From an uncultured Acidobacteriota bacterium (lineage in GTDB: Bacteria > Acidobacteriota > Thermoanaerobaculia > Multivoradales > UBA5704): DNA of 64,000 nt. The notes beneath the pieces were generated by a model that did no database searches, was not told where the DNA came from, and saw only the letters and a list, made by a program, of their open reading frames with translations. The position numbers and the translations under genes are program-made. Positions 12,101 to 20,871 of the stretch are shown here, one piece after another. How positions within the stretch are numbered: position 1 is the stretch's first letter; the number at the start of each line of letters is the position of its first letter. The stretch is taken from the NCBI GenBank assembly GCA_963770895.1, contig CAVYRF010000002.1:4864001-4928000 (forward strand), written 5' to 3'.

Positions 12101-15100
12101 CACCGCGCCGGCGGCGCCCGGCAACGCCACGACGTTCACCCTGACGCCCGCGGCCAGCCTGCCTGCCGGCACCGTCTGCACGGCGACGGCGGTGGCGGCG
12201 CAGATCACCGACGCGGCCGGCACCCACCTGGCGGCCGACGACGCGATCACCTTCACCACCGACGTCGCGCCGACGGTCACTTCGACGTCGCCGGCCAACG
12301 GCGCCACCAACGTCGTGCCGAGCGCCACGGTGTCCTTCACCTTCAGCAAGGCGGTCAACATCACCGGCGCCTCGGCGTTCACGTTGCAGTGCCCGAGCGG
12401 CACGCCGGTGGCGTTCACCATCGCGCCGGCGGCGCCTGGCAACAGCACGACGTTCACCCTGACGCCGTCGGCCAACCTGCCGATCACCACCGTCTGCACG
12501 GCGACCGCCGTGGCGTCGCAGATCAGCGACGCGGTCGGCACCAACCTGGCGGCCAACGACACCATCACCTTCACCACCGCGACGCCGCCCACCGTCACCT
12601 CGACGACGCCGGCCAACGGCGCCACCGCGGTGCTGGCGACGTCGGCGCTGTCGATCACCTTCAGCCAGGCGGTCAACGTCACCGCGACGGCGTTCACCCT
12701 GCAGTGCCCGAGCGGCACGCCGGCCGCGTTCACGCTCAGCCCGGCGCCGCCCGGCGGCGTCGCCACCTACACGCTGACGCCCAGCGCCGCGCTGCCCGCC
12801 GGCACGGTGTGCACGGCGACCGCGGTGGCGTCGCAGATCACCAGCACCAGCAGCGGCGTCAACCTGCAGAGCAACTACGTCTGGAGCTTCACCGTCGACA
12901 CGCCGCCGACGGTGACCAGCACCACGCCGACCAATGGCGCCACTTCGGTCGCGGTCAGCTCGACGGTGCAGTTCGTGTTCAGCAAGGCGGTCACCACCAC
13001 CGCGTCGTCGTTCACCTTGCAGTGCCCCTCGGGCACGCCGGCCGCCTTCACCGTGGCGCCGGCGCCGCCGGGCAATGCGACGACGTTCACCCTGACGCCG
13101 TCGGCCAACCTGCCTGCCGGCACCACCTGCGTGGCGACGGCGGTGGCGGCGCAGATCGCCGACGCGGCCGGCACGCACCTGGCGGCCAACGTCACCGACA
13201 GCTTCACCACCGACGCCGCGCCGACCGTCACCTCGACGACGCCGACCAACGGCGCCACCTCGGTGGCGCTCAATTCGACGATCGTCTTCACCTTCAACAA
13301 GGCGGTCAACGTGACCGCTTCGGCCTTCACCCTGCAGTGCCCGAGCGGCACGCCGGCCGCGTTCACCCTGAGCCCGGCGCCGCCGGGCAACGCCACGACG
13401 TTTACCCTGACGCCGTCGGCCAGCCTGCCGCCTGGCACCACCTGCGTGGCGACGGCGGTGGCGTCGCAGATCACCGATTCGGTGGGCACCAACCTGGCGG
13501 CCAACGTCACCGACAGCTTCACCACCGACGTGGCGCCGACCGTCACCTCGACGACCCCGGCCAACAGCGCCACCAACGTGTCGCCGAGCACGACGGTGGT
13601 CTTCACCTTCAGCAAGGCGGTCAACATCACCGGCGGGTCGGCCTTCACCCTGCAGTGCCCGAGCGGCACGCCGGTCGCCTTCACGGTCGCGCCGGCGGCG
13701 CCTGGCAACTCGACGACGTTCACCCTGACGCCGTCGGCCAGCCTGCCGGTGACCACCACCTGCACGGCGACCGCCGTGGCGTCGCAGATCAGCGACGCTG
13801 CCGGCACCAACCTGGCGGCCAACGACACCATCACCTTCACCACCGCGACGCCGCCGACGGTGACCTCGACGACGCCGGCCAACGGCGCCACCGCGGTGCT
13901 GGGCACGTCGGCGCTGTCGATCACCTTCAGCCAGGCGGTCAACGTGACCGCCTCGGCGTTCACCCTGCAGTGTCCGACCGGCACGCCGGAAACGATCACC
14001 GTGAGCCCGGCGCCGCCGGGCGGCGTCGCCACTTTCACGCTGACGCCGACGACGGCCCTGCCTGCCGGCGTGGTGTGCACGGCGACGGCGGTGGCGTCGC
14101 AGATCACCAGCGCCAGCTCGGGCGCGAACCTGCAGAGCAACTACGTCTGGACCTTCACGGTCGATACGGCGCCGACGGTGACCAGCACCACTCCGGCCAA
14201 CGCCGCCACCACGGTGGCGCTCAATTCGACGGTGACGTACACCTTCAGCAAGGCGGTCAACGTCACCGCCTCGGCCTTCACCCTGCAGTGCCCGAGCGGC
14301 ACGCCGGTCGCGTTCACCCTGAGCCCGGCACCGCCGGGCGGCACCACGACGTTCACCCTGACGCCCAGCGCCAACCTGCCGGCCGGCACGGTTTGCACGT
14401 CCTCGGCGGTGGCGTCGCAGATCACCGACCTGGCCGGCACGCACCTGGCGGCCAACGACACGATCAGCTTCACGACCGATACGGCGCCGACGGTCAGCTC
14501 GGTCAGCCCGGCCAACGGCGCCACCGGCGTCCTGCAGTCCGCGACGCTCACCGTCAACTTCAACAAGGCGGTCAACATCACCGCCTCGTCCTTCACCTTG
14601 GCCTGTCCGACCGGCACGCCGGAAGCCTTCACGGTCAGTCCCGCACCGCCCGGCGGCGCGACCACCTTCACCCTGACGCCGTCCGCCAACCTGCCGGCGG
14701 GCGCGGTATGCACGGCGACCGTGGTGGCCAGTCAGACGACCGACACCACGGCAGGGACGCCGCTGGCCAGCAACTTCACGTGGAGCTTCACCATCGACAC
14801 GCCGCCGACGGTGTCTTCGACCGTGCCAGCCAACGGCGTCAGCAATTTCGTCGACACCAGCGCGCTGTCCGTGACCTTCAACAAGGCGGTCAACGTCACC
14901 GGCACGGCGTTCTCGGTGCAGTGTCCGACCGGAACTCCCGTCACCATCACCGTCAGCCCGACGCCGCCCGGTGGGGTCACCACGTTCACGCTGACGCCCA
15001 CCAGCAACCTGCCGCCCAACGTCAGCTGCACGGCGCAGGTGGTGGCGGCGCAGGTCGCCGACCTGGCCGGCACCAACATGGCGGCCAACTACACCTGGAC

Positions 15101-17390
15101 CTTTGCCACCGTGCCGCCGCCGCCGGTCGCCACCAACGACACCTATCCCCAGACGGTGATCGGCAACGTCAGCATCAACTCGGGGCTGATTCCGTACAGC
15201 GTCACCACCAACGACACCTCGCAGGTGGCGTTCACCATCACCGCCTACGACACCACCTCGGCCAACGGCGGCACCGTCAGCATGGTCACGTCGGGCGCCA
15301 ACATGGGGCAGTTCACCTACAACCCGCCGGCCGGCTTCACGGGGACGGACACCTTCACCTACACGATCACCAACACCGGCGGCAGCGCTACCGCGACGGT
15401 AAGCATCTCGGTCAGCGGCATCATCTGGTTCATCAACAACAACGCCAGCGCGGGCGACGGGCGCCTGGCCTCGCCGCTCAACACGCTGGCCGCCTTCCAG
15501 GCGGTCAACGACGGGGTGGGACACCACCCGGCGGCCAACGCCAACATCTTCCTGTACGACAGCGCGACCGGCTACACCGGTCCGGTGACCCTGCTCAACG
15601 GCCAGAAGCTGATCGGTCAGGACGCCACGTCGTCGCTGTCGACGATCACCGGCCTGACGCCGGGGACGGCCAGCGCGACGCTCCCCTCGACCGGCGGCGG
15701 CAGCCCGAACAAGGTTTCCATCACCTCCCCGGGCAACACCGTGACGCTCGGCTCCGGCAACACGGTGTGGGGCATGACCCTGGGCAACTCGGTCGGCACG
15801 GCGCTCACCGGCGGCAGCGTGGGCAGCCTCAAGCTGCGTGACATGACGATCAATACCACCGGCGCCGCGGTCAGCCTTGCCAACGGCGCCCTGGACGCGA
15901 TCCTCAACGCCGTCTCTTCGGGCAGCGGCACCAACGGCATCGCGCTGACCACCACTACCGGCTCGTTCGACGTCGAAGGCGGCGGCGCCTCCGACCCGAC
16001 CAACACCACCCGCGGGCGCACCACCGCCAAGAGCGGCGGCGGCACCATCACGCTGGGATCGGGCGGCACCATCCAGGACGCCACCAGCGCCGGCGTCCTG
16101 CTGTCGAGCGCCACCAACGTGACGCTGCGCAACATGGTCATTCAAAACAACGGTGGCACCGGGGTGGCGAGCGGCGGCGACGGCATCAACGCCAGCGGTT
16201 CGTCGGGCCTGACCCTGGACAACGACATGATCACCGGCCACACCGGCAACTACGGCCTGTATGCCAGCAGCCTGGCCACCCTGGCGATCCAGCACACGCA
16301 GATCTCGTCGAACGCCACCAACGCGGCAGTGGCCGGCTCCAACGTCTGGAACGTCGGCTTCGGCCAGCAGCCGCCCTGCACCGTCTGCCCCGACGGCCTG
16401 AGCGGCACCTCGACGATCGCCAACTCGATCTTCGACACGTCGTACGAGAACTCCTTCTCGATGGTCAACCACAATGCGTCCACGCTGTCGCTGACCGTCA
16501 CCAACAGCCAGTTCAGCAACGCCGCCCACAACGACGGCCTGCTGGCGCAGGCGTTCAACACGTCCAACGTCACGCTGAGCGTCACCGGTAGCAGCGTCTT
16601 CAACAACCCCGGCGGCGGCGTCGAGTACCTGGGCAACGACTCGTCGGGCGGCGGCACCTTCACCGTCACCGGCAGCACCTTCGATCAGAACGGCGGTGCG
16701 GGCGGCGCCGACATCAACGTCTTCCACCAGGGCCTGAGCAAGACGGTGACGTTCGACTTCGAGAACAACACCACCCGCCAGACGCTGGTCGCCAACAGCT
16801 CGGCATCGATCAGCGTCGTCATCGGCCCGTCGGCAAACGCCACGACCCTGCTGCAGGGCAAGGTCAACGGCAACACCGTCGGCAAGGCCTCGGTGACCGA
16901 TTCGTGCTCGGCCGACTCGTCGGGCATCGGCCTGCAGACCGACGCGCCGGGCACCATCACCGCGGAAGTCGAAAACAACGCCGTGGTGCAGTGCGACGAC
17001 GACGCCCTGCTGGTCCTGGCAACCAGCACGACCACCAGCACCATCAACCTCACCGCATCGGGCAACGACCTGGAGGTGAGCCCGACCGATCCCAATACCA
17101 ACCTGGGCCTGGAGCTGACGGCGGGCGGCAGCGACGGCTCCGACGTCATCTGCGCCAACGTCTCGGGCGACAGCAAGGAGATCGGCAACTCGGGGGTGGC
17201 GGGCATCGCCACCGAGGTGCTGGGCACCTCGGTCATCAACTTGCAGGGCTACCCCGGCCCGGCCAACAACAACGCCGCGATCGCGACGTTCCTCAACGGC
17301 ACCGCGACGACGGTGTCGCCGGCAGGATTGAACTTTGGCGGCGGCGGCACGGTGAAGGCGGCGCCTTCGCCCTGCCCGACGCCGCCCTGA
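9195..17390 (+). CDS. Giant secreted/surface protein (~2,731 aa): signal peptide, internal IPTL-CTERM-like segment, 16 bacterial Ig-like (Big_5-like) repeats, one cadherin/Big_9-like domain, C-terminal beta-helix-like region
   Basis: ATG 9195 after GAGGGAG; MQLGFRPLVKLTALALLAG...LAAA signal; repeats P.VTSTTPANGAT.V...TFSKAVNVT; PPVATNDTY...FTYNPPAGFTGTDTFTYTI; Asn/Gly/Ser/Thr-rich beta-helix-like C-terminus. Confidence 0.85.
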   Translation: MQLGFRPLVKLTALALLAGVVMTAAPLAAATPTAQFTALLDLDNNPGTGCTVATVDGPFKGVDQMLVTTVDLTQTPPVVISVTRQACNQGTQTFGAAVPINSPYAPPWPVGVHNGTSGSDVVETYVPLGNLSVGTTIHFGFTSAVVGGSPTAVDADLTTTGKPGGSPILLSATPLAEVPTLGTIGLLLLGLLLASSAVYVLGRRGAGRGTKTVVAGLLLLSIGMGVAWSAGDLTPNGTTGGWAGTGPIAVDVVGDAPVNADLVAEFAAVQNDILYIRFDAFIAGQPAVMSTTPIDGATGVAGNSTVTVTFNEPVAVTAATFSLQCPTGTPTAFTLSPAAPGNASTYTLTPTATLPPGVTCALTVTGSTVTDPSGLHMAGDFNSTFTTDGPPSVTSTTPANGATSVALNSTVTVNFSKAVNVTSSAFSLQCPTGTPETFNVAPAPPGGASTFTLTPTAPLPAGATCTLTVSAAQVTDVAAGTHMTADYTGTFTVDTAPTVTGTTPANGATTVSLSAPLTVTFSKAVNVTGTAFKLECPTGTSEPFTLAPAAPGGSTTFTLTPTANLPAATTCTVTVVGSQVTDVAAGTPLGANYVFSFTTDTVPTVTSTTPTNNATNQAPTTTVVINFSTTMNVTASAFKLECPVGTPQAFTVAPAPPGGATSFTLTPTASLPTATTCTVTVVASQVGDTAAGTPIAANYVFTFGVGTPPAVTSTTPASNATNVLASTTISITFSKAVNVTGTAFKLECPSGAPQAFTVSPAPPGGVTTFTLTPSANLPASTTCTVTAVAAQITDTVAGLHPAADYLFNFTIDSPPTVTSTTPASGATSVALNSTVSFTFNKAVNITGSAAFTLQCPSGTPVAFNVAPAAPGGVATFTLTPTANMPAGTTCTATAVAAQIKDLAGTNLASNYVFTFTTDVAPTVTSTTPASGASSVALNSTVVFTFSKAVTTTATSFTLQCPSGTPVAFTTAPAAPGNATTFTLTPAASLPAGTVCTATAVAAQITDAAGTHLAADDAITFTTDVAPTVTSTSPANGATNVVPSATVSFTFSKAVNITGASAFTLQCPSGTPVAFTIAPAAPGNSTTFTLTPSANLPITTVCTATAVASQISDAVGTNLAANDTITFTTATPPTVTSTTPANGATAVLATSALSITFSQAVNVTATAFTLQCPSGTPAAFTLSPAPPGGVATYTLTPSAALPAGTVCTATAVASQITSTSSGVNLQSNYVWSFTVDTPPTVTSTTPTNGATSVAVSSTVQFVFSKAVTTTASSFTLQCPSGTPAAFTVAPAPPGNATTFTLTPSANLPAGTTCVATAVAAQIADAAGTHLAANVTDSFTTDAAPTVTSTTPTNGATSVALNSTIVFTFNKAVNVTASAFTLQCPSGTPAAFTLSPAPPGNATTFTLTPSASLPPGTTCVATAVASQITDSVGTNLAANVTDSFTTDVAPTVTSTTPANSATNVSPSTTVVFTFSKAVNITGGSAFTLQCPSGTPVAFTVAPAAPGNSTTFTLTPSASLPVTTTCTATAVASQISDAAGTNLAANDTITFTTATPPTVTSTTPANGATAVLGTSALSITFSQAVNVTASAFTLQCPTGTPETITVSPAPPGGVATFTLTPTTALPAGVVCTATAVASQITSASSGANLQSNYVWTFTVDTAPTVTSTTPANAATTVALNSTVTYTFSKAVNVTASAFTLQCPSGTPVAFTLSPAPPGGTTTFTLTPSANLPAGTVCTSSAVASQITDLAGTHLAANDTISFTTDTAPTVSSVSPANGATGVLQSATLTVNFNKAVNITASSFTLACPTGTPEAFTVSPAPPGGATTFTLTPSANLPAGAVCTATVVASQTTDTTAGTPLASNFTWSFTIDTPPTVSSTVPANGVSNFVDTSALSVTFNKAVNVTGTAFSVQCPTGTPVTITVSPTPPGGVTTFTLTPTSNLPPNVSCTAQVVAAQVADLAGTNMAANYTWTFATVPPPPVATNDTYPQTVIGNVSINSGLIPYSVTTNDTSQVAFTITAYDTTSANGGTVSMVTSGANMGQFTYNPPAGFTGTDTFTYTITNTGGSATATVSISVSGIIWFINNNASAGDGRLASPLNTLAAFQAVNDGVGHHPAANANIFLYDSATGYTGPVTLLNGQKLIGQDATSSLSTITGLTPGTASATLPSTGGGSPNKVSITSPGNTVTLGSGNTVWGMTLGNSVGTALTGGSVGSLKLRDMTINTTGAAVSLANGALDAILNAVSSGSGTNGIALTTTTGSFDVEGGGASDPTNTTRGRTTAKSGGGTITLGSGGTIQDATSAGVLLSSATNVTLRNMVIQNNGGTGVASGGDGINASGSSGLTLDNDMITGHTGNYGLYASSLATLAIQHTQISSNATNAAVAGSNVWNVGFGQQPPCTVCPDGLSGTSTIANSIFDTSYENSFSMVNHNASTLSLTVTNSQFSNAAHNDGLLAQAFNTSNVTLSVTGSSVFNNPGGGVEYLGNDSSGGGTFTVTGSTFDQNGGAGGADINVFHQGLSKTVTFDFENNTTRQTLVANSSASISVVIGPSANATTLLQGKVNGNTVGKASVTDSCSADSSGIGLQTDAPGTITAEVENNAVVQCDDDALLVLATSTTTSTINLTASGNDLEVSPTDPNTNLGLELTAGGSDGSDVICANVSGDSKEIGNSGVAGIATEVLGTSVINLQGYPGPANNNAAIATFLNGTATTVSPAGLNFGGGGTVKAAPSPCPTPP
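10048..15110 (+). repeat. Sixteen tandem ~315-321 bp (~105-107 aa) Ig-like repeats, each with two cysteines
   Basis: CP(S/T/V)G motif counted 16 times at ~316-bp spacing, with a second Cys in the LP....C strand. Confidence 0.85.
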
Positions 17391-17400
17391 CCCTGGGGGG

Positions 17401-17440
17401 TGCGCCGGTTCCTTGCTCCCGATCGGGAGGGGCCGGCGCA
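17401..17440 (+). terminator. GC-rich stem-loop between the giant gene and the collar genes (attenuator/RNA-stabilising hairpin; no U tract)
   Basis: TGCGCCGGTTCC...CTCCC GATC GGGAG...GGCCGGCGCA inverted repeat. Confidence 0.4.
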
Positions 17441-17506
17441 ACGCAGCAGCTTCGGTAGGTGACGACGCAGTCAGCAGTGAACCGATGGATCGGATAAGGA
17501 GAAAGA

Positions 17507-18004
17507 ATGGGCACGCCATTCCTGTCGGAGATCAAGATCATGTCCTTCGGGTTCGCCCCCAAGGGTTGGGCGTTGTGTAACGGCCAACTGCTTCCGATCA
17601 ACCAGAACCAGGCCCTGTTTTCCTTGTTGGGCACCACCTACGGCGGCGACGGGCGGGTGAACTTCGGCCTGCCGAACCTGCAGGGGAACGTGGCCACCCA
17701 CTTCGGCGCCGGCATGACCCTGGGCGAGCGGGGCGGCGAGCAGGCCCACACGCTGTCGATCAGCGAGATCCCGACGCACGTCCACACCGCCCAGGCCACC
17801 ACCAACAACAGCACCTTCACCGACACCGCCTCGCCCAACATCTTCGGGCCGGCCAAGATCTACGGCAGCGCCACCAGCCTGACGTCGCTCCTGCCGTCCA
17901 CGCTGGGGACGATCGGCGGCTCGCAGGCGCACCTGAACATGCAGCCCTTCCTGGTGCTCTCCTTCTGTATCGCCCTCCAGGGCATCTTCCCGTCGCAAAC
18001 TTGA
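17507..18004 (+). CDS. Phage tail-collar domain protein (microcystin-dependent protein/MdpB-like), copy 1
   Basis: PFLSEIKIMSFGFAPKGWALCNGQLLPINQNQALFSLLGTTYGGDG; ends H.NMQPFL...FCIALQGIFPS. Confidence 0.9.
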   Translation: MGTPFLSEIKIMSFGFAPKGWALCNGQLLPINQNQALFSLLGTTYGGDGRVNFGLPNLQGNVATHFGAGMTLGERGGEQAHTLSISEIPTHVHTAQATTNNSTFTDTASPNIFGPAKIYGSATSLTSLLPSTLGTIGGSQAHLNMQPFLVLSFCIALQGIFPSQT

Positions 18005-18017
18005 GGAGCGACCTGCC

Positions 18018-18527
18018 ATGTCCCAACCATACGTAGGCGAGATTCGCATGTTCGCCGGCAACTTCGCGCCGGCGGGGTGGATGTTCACCGAGGGGCAGCT
18101 GCTGCCGATCTCCGAATACGAAACCCTGTTCAACCTCATCGGCACCACCTACGGCGGCGACGGCCAGAGCACCTTCGCCCTTCCCGACCTGCGCGGGCGC
18201 CTGCCCGTCCACCAGGGCAACGGCTTCACACTGGCGGAAACCGGCGGCGTCGAGACGGTGACGCTTTCCATACCGCAGATCCCCGCCCACAGCCATCCCT
18301 ACCTGGCGACCACCACTGCGGGCGACTCCGCGGTGCCCAACAACAACGTGTTGGGCACGCAGTCGGTGGCCGGCAACCTGCTGTACACGCCGGCGGCGGG
18401 GACCCTGCCGATGGCCGCCACGGCGATCACCGCGACCGGCGGCAGCCAGCCGCACGACAACTTCCAGCCCTATCTCTGCATCGACTTCATCATCTCGCTG
18501 TTCGGCGTGTTCCCGTCGCCAACCTGA
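18018..18527 (+). CDS. Phage tail-collar domain protein (MdpB-like), copy 2
   Basis: PYVGEIRMFAGNFAPAGW...GTTYGGDGQSTFALPDLRGR; ends HDNFQPYL..FIISLFGVFPS. Confidence 0.9.
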   Translation: MSQPYVGEIRMFAGNFAPAGWMFTEGQLLPISEYETLFNLIGTTYGGDGQSTFALPDLRGRLPVHQGNGFTLAETGGVETVTLSIPQIPAHSHPYLATTTAGDSAVPNNNVLGTQSVAGNLLYTPAAGTLPMAATAITATGGSQPHDNFQPYLCIDFIISLFGVFPSPT

Positions 18528-18537
18528 GGAAACGGCC

Positions 18538-19065
18538 ATGGCAAATCCATTCGTCGCAGAGATCCGCATCTTCCCGTTCAACTTCGCGCCCACCGGCTGG
18601 GCGTTCTGCAACGGCCAGATCCTGCCGCTGTCGCAGAACACCGCTCTGTTCTCGCTGCTCGGCACGACCTACGGCGGCGACGGCAAGTCCAACTTTGCCC
18701 TGCCCAACATGCAGGGCAACTCGCCCATGCATCCCGGCCAGGGGCCCGGCCTCAGCCTGCACGACCTGGGCGAAACCGGCGGCAGCAACACGGTGACGCT
18801 GCTCGAGTCCGAGATCCCTTCGCACAGCCACCAGATCATGACGTTCGGCGCCCAGGCGACCGCGCCGGCGCCGGCGCCCAACGAGGGGCTGAGCCGCTCC
18901 CGCGGCGTGATGGCGTACTCCACCACCACCACCGCGTCCCTGGTGCAGATGTCCCCCAACACGGTGGCGCCGGCCGGCGGCGACCAGCCGCACAACAACC
19001 TGCAGCCCTACCTGACGCTCAACTTCTGCATCGCGCTGCAGGGCGTCTACCCGCCGCGCACCTAG
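18538..19065 (+). CDS. Phage tail-collar domain protein (MdpB-like), copy 3
   Basis: PFVAEIRIFPFNFAPTGWAFCNGQ...GTTYGGDGKSNFALP; ends HNNLQPYLTLNFCIALQGVYPPR. Confidence 0.9.
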   Translation: MANPFVAEIRIFPFNFAPTGWAFCNGQILPLSQNTALFSLLGTTYGGDGKSNFALPNMQGNSPMHPGQGPGLSLHDLGETGGSNTVTLLESEIPSHSHQIMTFGAQATAPAPAPNEGLSRSRGVMAYSTTTTASLVQMSPNTVAPAGGDQPHNNLQPYLTLNFCIALQGVYPPRT

Positions 19066-19293
19066 ACCCGGCCGCGCGTCGCATCGCAGAGCCGGATCGC
19101 GCTTCCGCAAAGCGATCCCGCGCCATCCCGGCGCCCGTGGGCAGCACCGCCGCGGGCGCCGTGTTGCTTTTGCGGTTGGTCGATGCCCGGCGCCGCCGCG
19201 GGTGCGGGCGGCGCCAGGCGGCGCAGGGGAGCGCAGGGTACGCGGGACGTCGTGCGGCGGCGGGTGCGTTTGGCGCGCCGGTCGGCGCCGGGG

Positions 19294-20871
19294 TCAGGGC
19301 GGGTTGCCGGAGTCGGCGAGGCCGATGCCGAGGGTGGCCAGCAGGTCGCCGCGCACCGCCAGCAGGCCGACGCGCGCGTCGAGCAGGCCCGCGGCGGCCT
19401 TGATCTCCTCTTCGCGGGCGTCGGCCAGGGCGGCCTCGCGGCTGTCCTGGGCGTCCGGCTGGGCGCGCCCCTCGGCGGCCAGGGCGCCGCTGATGCGCAG
19501 GTCTTCTTCGGCGACGGCGCTGGCCTGGCGGGCGATGTCGAGCCCGGCGCGGGCCTGGTCCAGGGTCGCTTCGGCGCGGTGGACGTCGATCGCCAGCTGC
19601 TCGACGCGGGCGCCGCGCTGCTGCTTGAGCTGTTCGATGTTGGCGTCGCTGCGGGCGATGCCGTCGCGCTGCCGGCCGCCGGTCCACAGCGGGTAGGAGA
19701 GCGCCAGGGCGACGCTCCAGTCGTCTTCGCGGAACTTGACGTAAAATTGGTCGACGCCGTTGGCGCGCGACAGGCGCGAATACTGCGCCTCGGCGTCGAC
19801 GGTGAGCGGCGACAGCCACCCGTCGCGCTGCTCGCGGGCGCGGGTCAGCAGCGCGATCTGGTGGTCCAAGCCGTGCAGGGTGACGTCGGCGGCCAGCGCC
19901 GCCGCCAGGTTCGGGTCCGGCGGGGCAGGAGGGCTTTCCGCACCGGGTGTGGGGGGGGCCGGCGCGGTGGCGGCGGGCGGCGTGGTGTTCGCCGGGTTCG
20001 CCGGGTTTGCTGAGCTCGCCGGCGCGGCGGGATCCGGAAGGTCGGCCAGTGGATCGGTGGGGAGGTCGAGCGCGGCGCCGGCGGGCAGGCCCAGGCGCCG
20101 GCGCAGCTCCCATTGGTCGGCGTCGCGCGCCGACACGACCTCCAGGCGGCGCAGGCGGGCCTTGGCTTCGCGCAGGCGCGCCTGGGCCAGGTCGAGGTCG
20201 GTGGACCGCCCCTCGGCGTGCAGGTCGGCGGCGCGGCGGCTCATCGCCTCGCAGGCGGCCAGGCGGCGGTCGGCGGCGGCGACGAGCTGCTGGCCGCTCC
20301 AGGCGCGGGCGTACAGGGCGGCGACGGTTCGCGCCGTGGTGACGCGCGTCCGCAGCCAGGTCGCCTGCGTCACCGCGGTGGTGGCGCGCGCCGAAAACCC
20401 CTTGGCGCGCTGCTCGTTGTTGTACAGCAGCTGGTGCACGCCGACGCTGGCCACCGCCGGCACCTGGCCGGCCACCGCCACCGGCAGCCCGCGGCCAATG
20501 CCCGGCGTCGAGCTGACGCCCGCTTCGGGCCGGAAAGCGTCGGCCACGACGCGCGCGGCGGCGTCGTCGGCAGCCGCCGCGGCCGCCGCGGCCGCCACCT
20601 CGGGATCGTTGCCCAGCCCGAGCGCGGTCGCCCGCCGCAGGGACAGCGTGCCGCTGCCGTCCGCTGCCGTCGGTGCAGACGGATTCGGTTGGGCCGCGAC
20701 GACGCCCCCCGTGGCGGTCGCGGCGAATGTAGGGAGCGGCACGGCCAGGGTGGCCAACAGTGCGGTGACGATGACGGCGGCGACGGCGGCGGCGGCGGCC
20801 GGCGACCGGCGGTGGGCGGCGCGGCGAGGCGCGGCCGGCATGACCGGTGCAGGGCGTTGGCGGTCATTCAT
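19294..20871 (-). CDS. TolC-family outer-membrane efflux protein
   Basis: Signal peptide, LSLRRATALGL.NDP, two helical OEP-like repeats (EGRSTDLDLAQA; LSYPLWTGG...EGRA...D); overlaps the permease stop. Confidence 0.75.
   Translation of the reverse strand: MNDRQRPAPVMPAAPRRAAHRRSPAAAAAVAAVIVTALLATLAVPLPTFAATATGGVVAAQPNPSAPTAADGSGTLSLRRATALGLGNDPEVAAAAAAAAADDAAARVVADAFRPEAGVSSTPGIGRGLPVAVAGQVPAVASVGVHQLLYNNEQRAKGFSARATTAVTQATWLRTRVTTARTVAALYARAWSGQQLVAAADRRLAACEAMSRRAADLHAEGRSTDLDLAQARLREAKARLRRLEVVSARDADQWELRRRLGLPAGAALDLPTDPLADLPDPAAPASSANPANPANTTPPAATAPAPPTPGAESPPAPPDPNLAAALAADVTLHGLDHQIALLTRAREQRDGWLSPLTVDAEAQYSRLSRANGVDQFYVKFREDDWSVALALSYPLWTGGRQRDGIARSDANIEQLKQQRGARVEQLAIDVHRAEATLDQARAGLDIARQASAVAEEDLRISGALAAEGRAQPDAQDSREAALADAREEEIKAAAGLLDARVGLLAVRGDLLATLGIGLADSGNPP

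Noticed and set aside
9189-17519. 2,776-aa minus-strand ORF and many small antisense ORFs over the giant gene
   Set aside because: Shadow frames of a high-GC repetitive gene; Arg/Gly-rich with no motifs
17507-19065. Prophage, tailocin or eCIS suggested by tail-collar genes
   Set aside because: No sheath, tube, baseplate, capsid, terminase or integrase genes in the window
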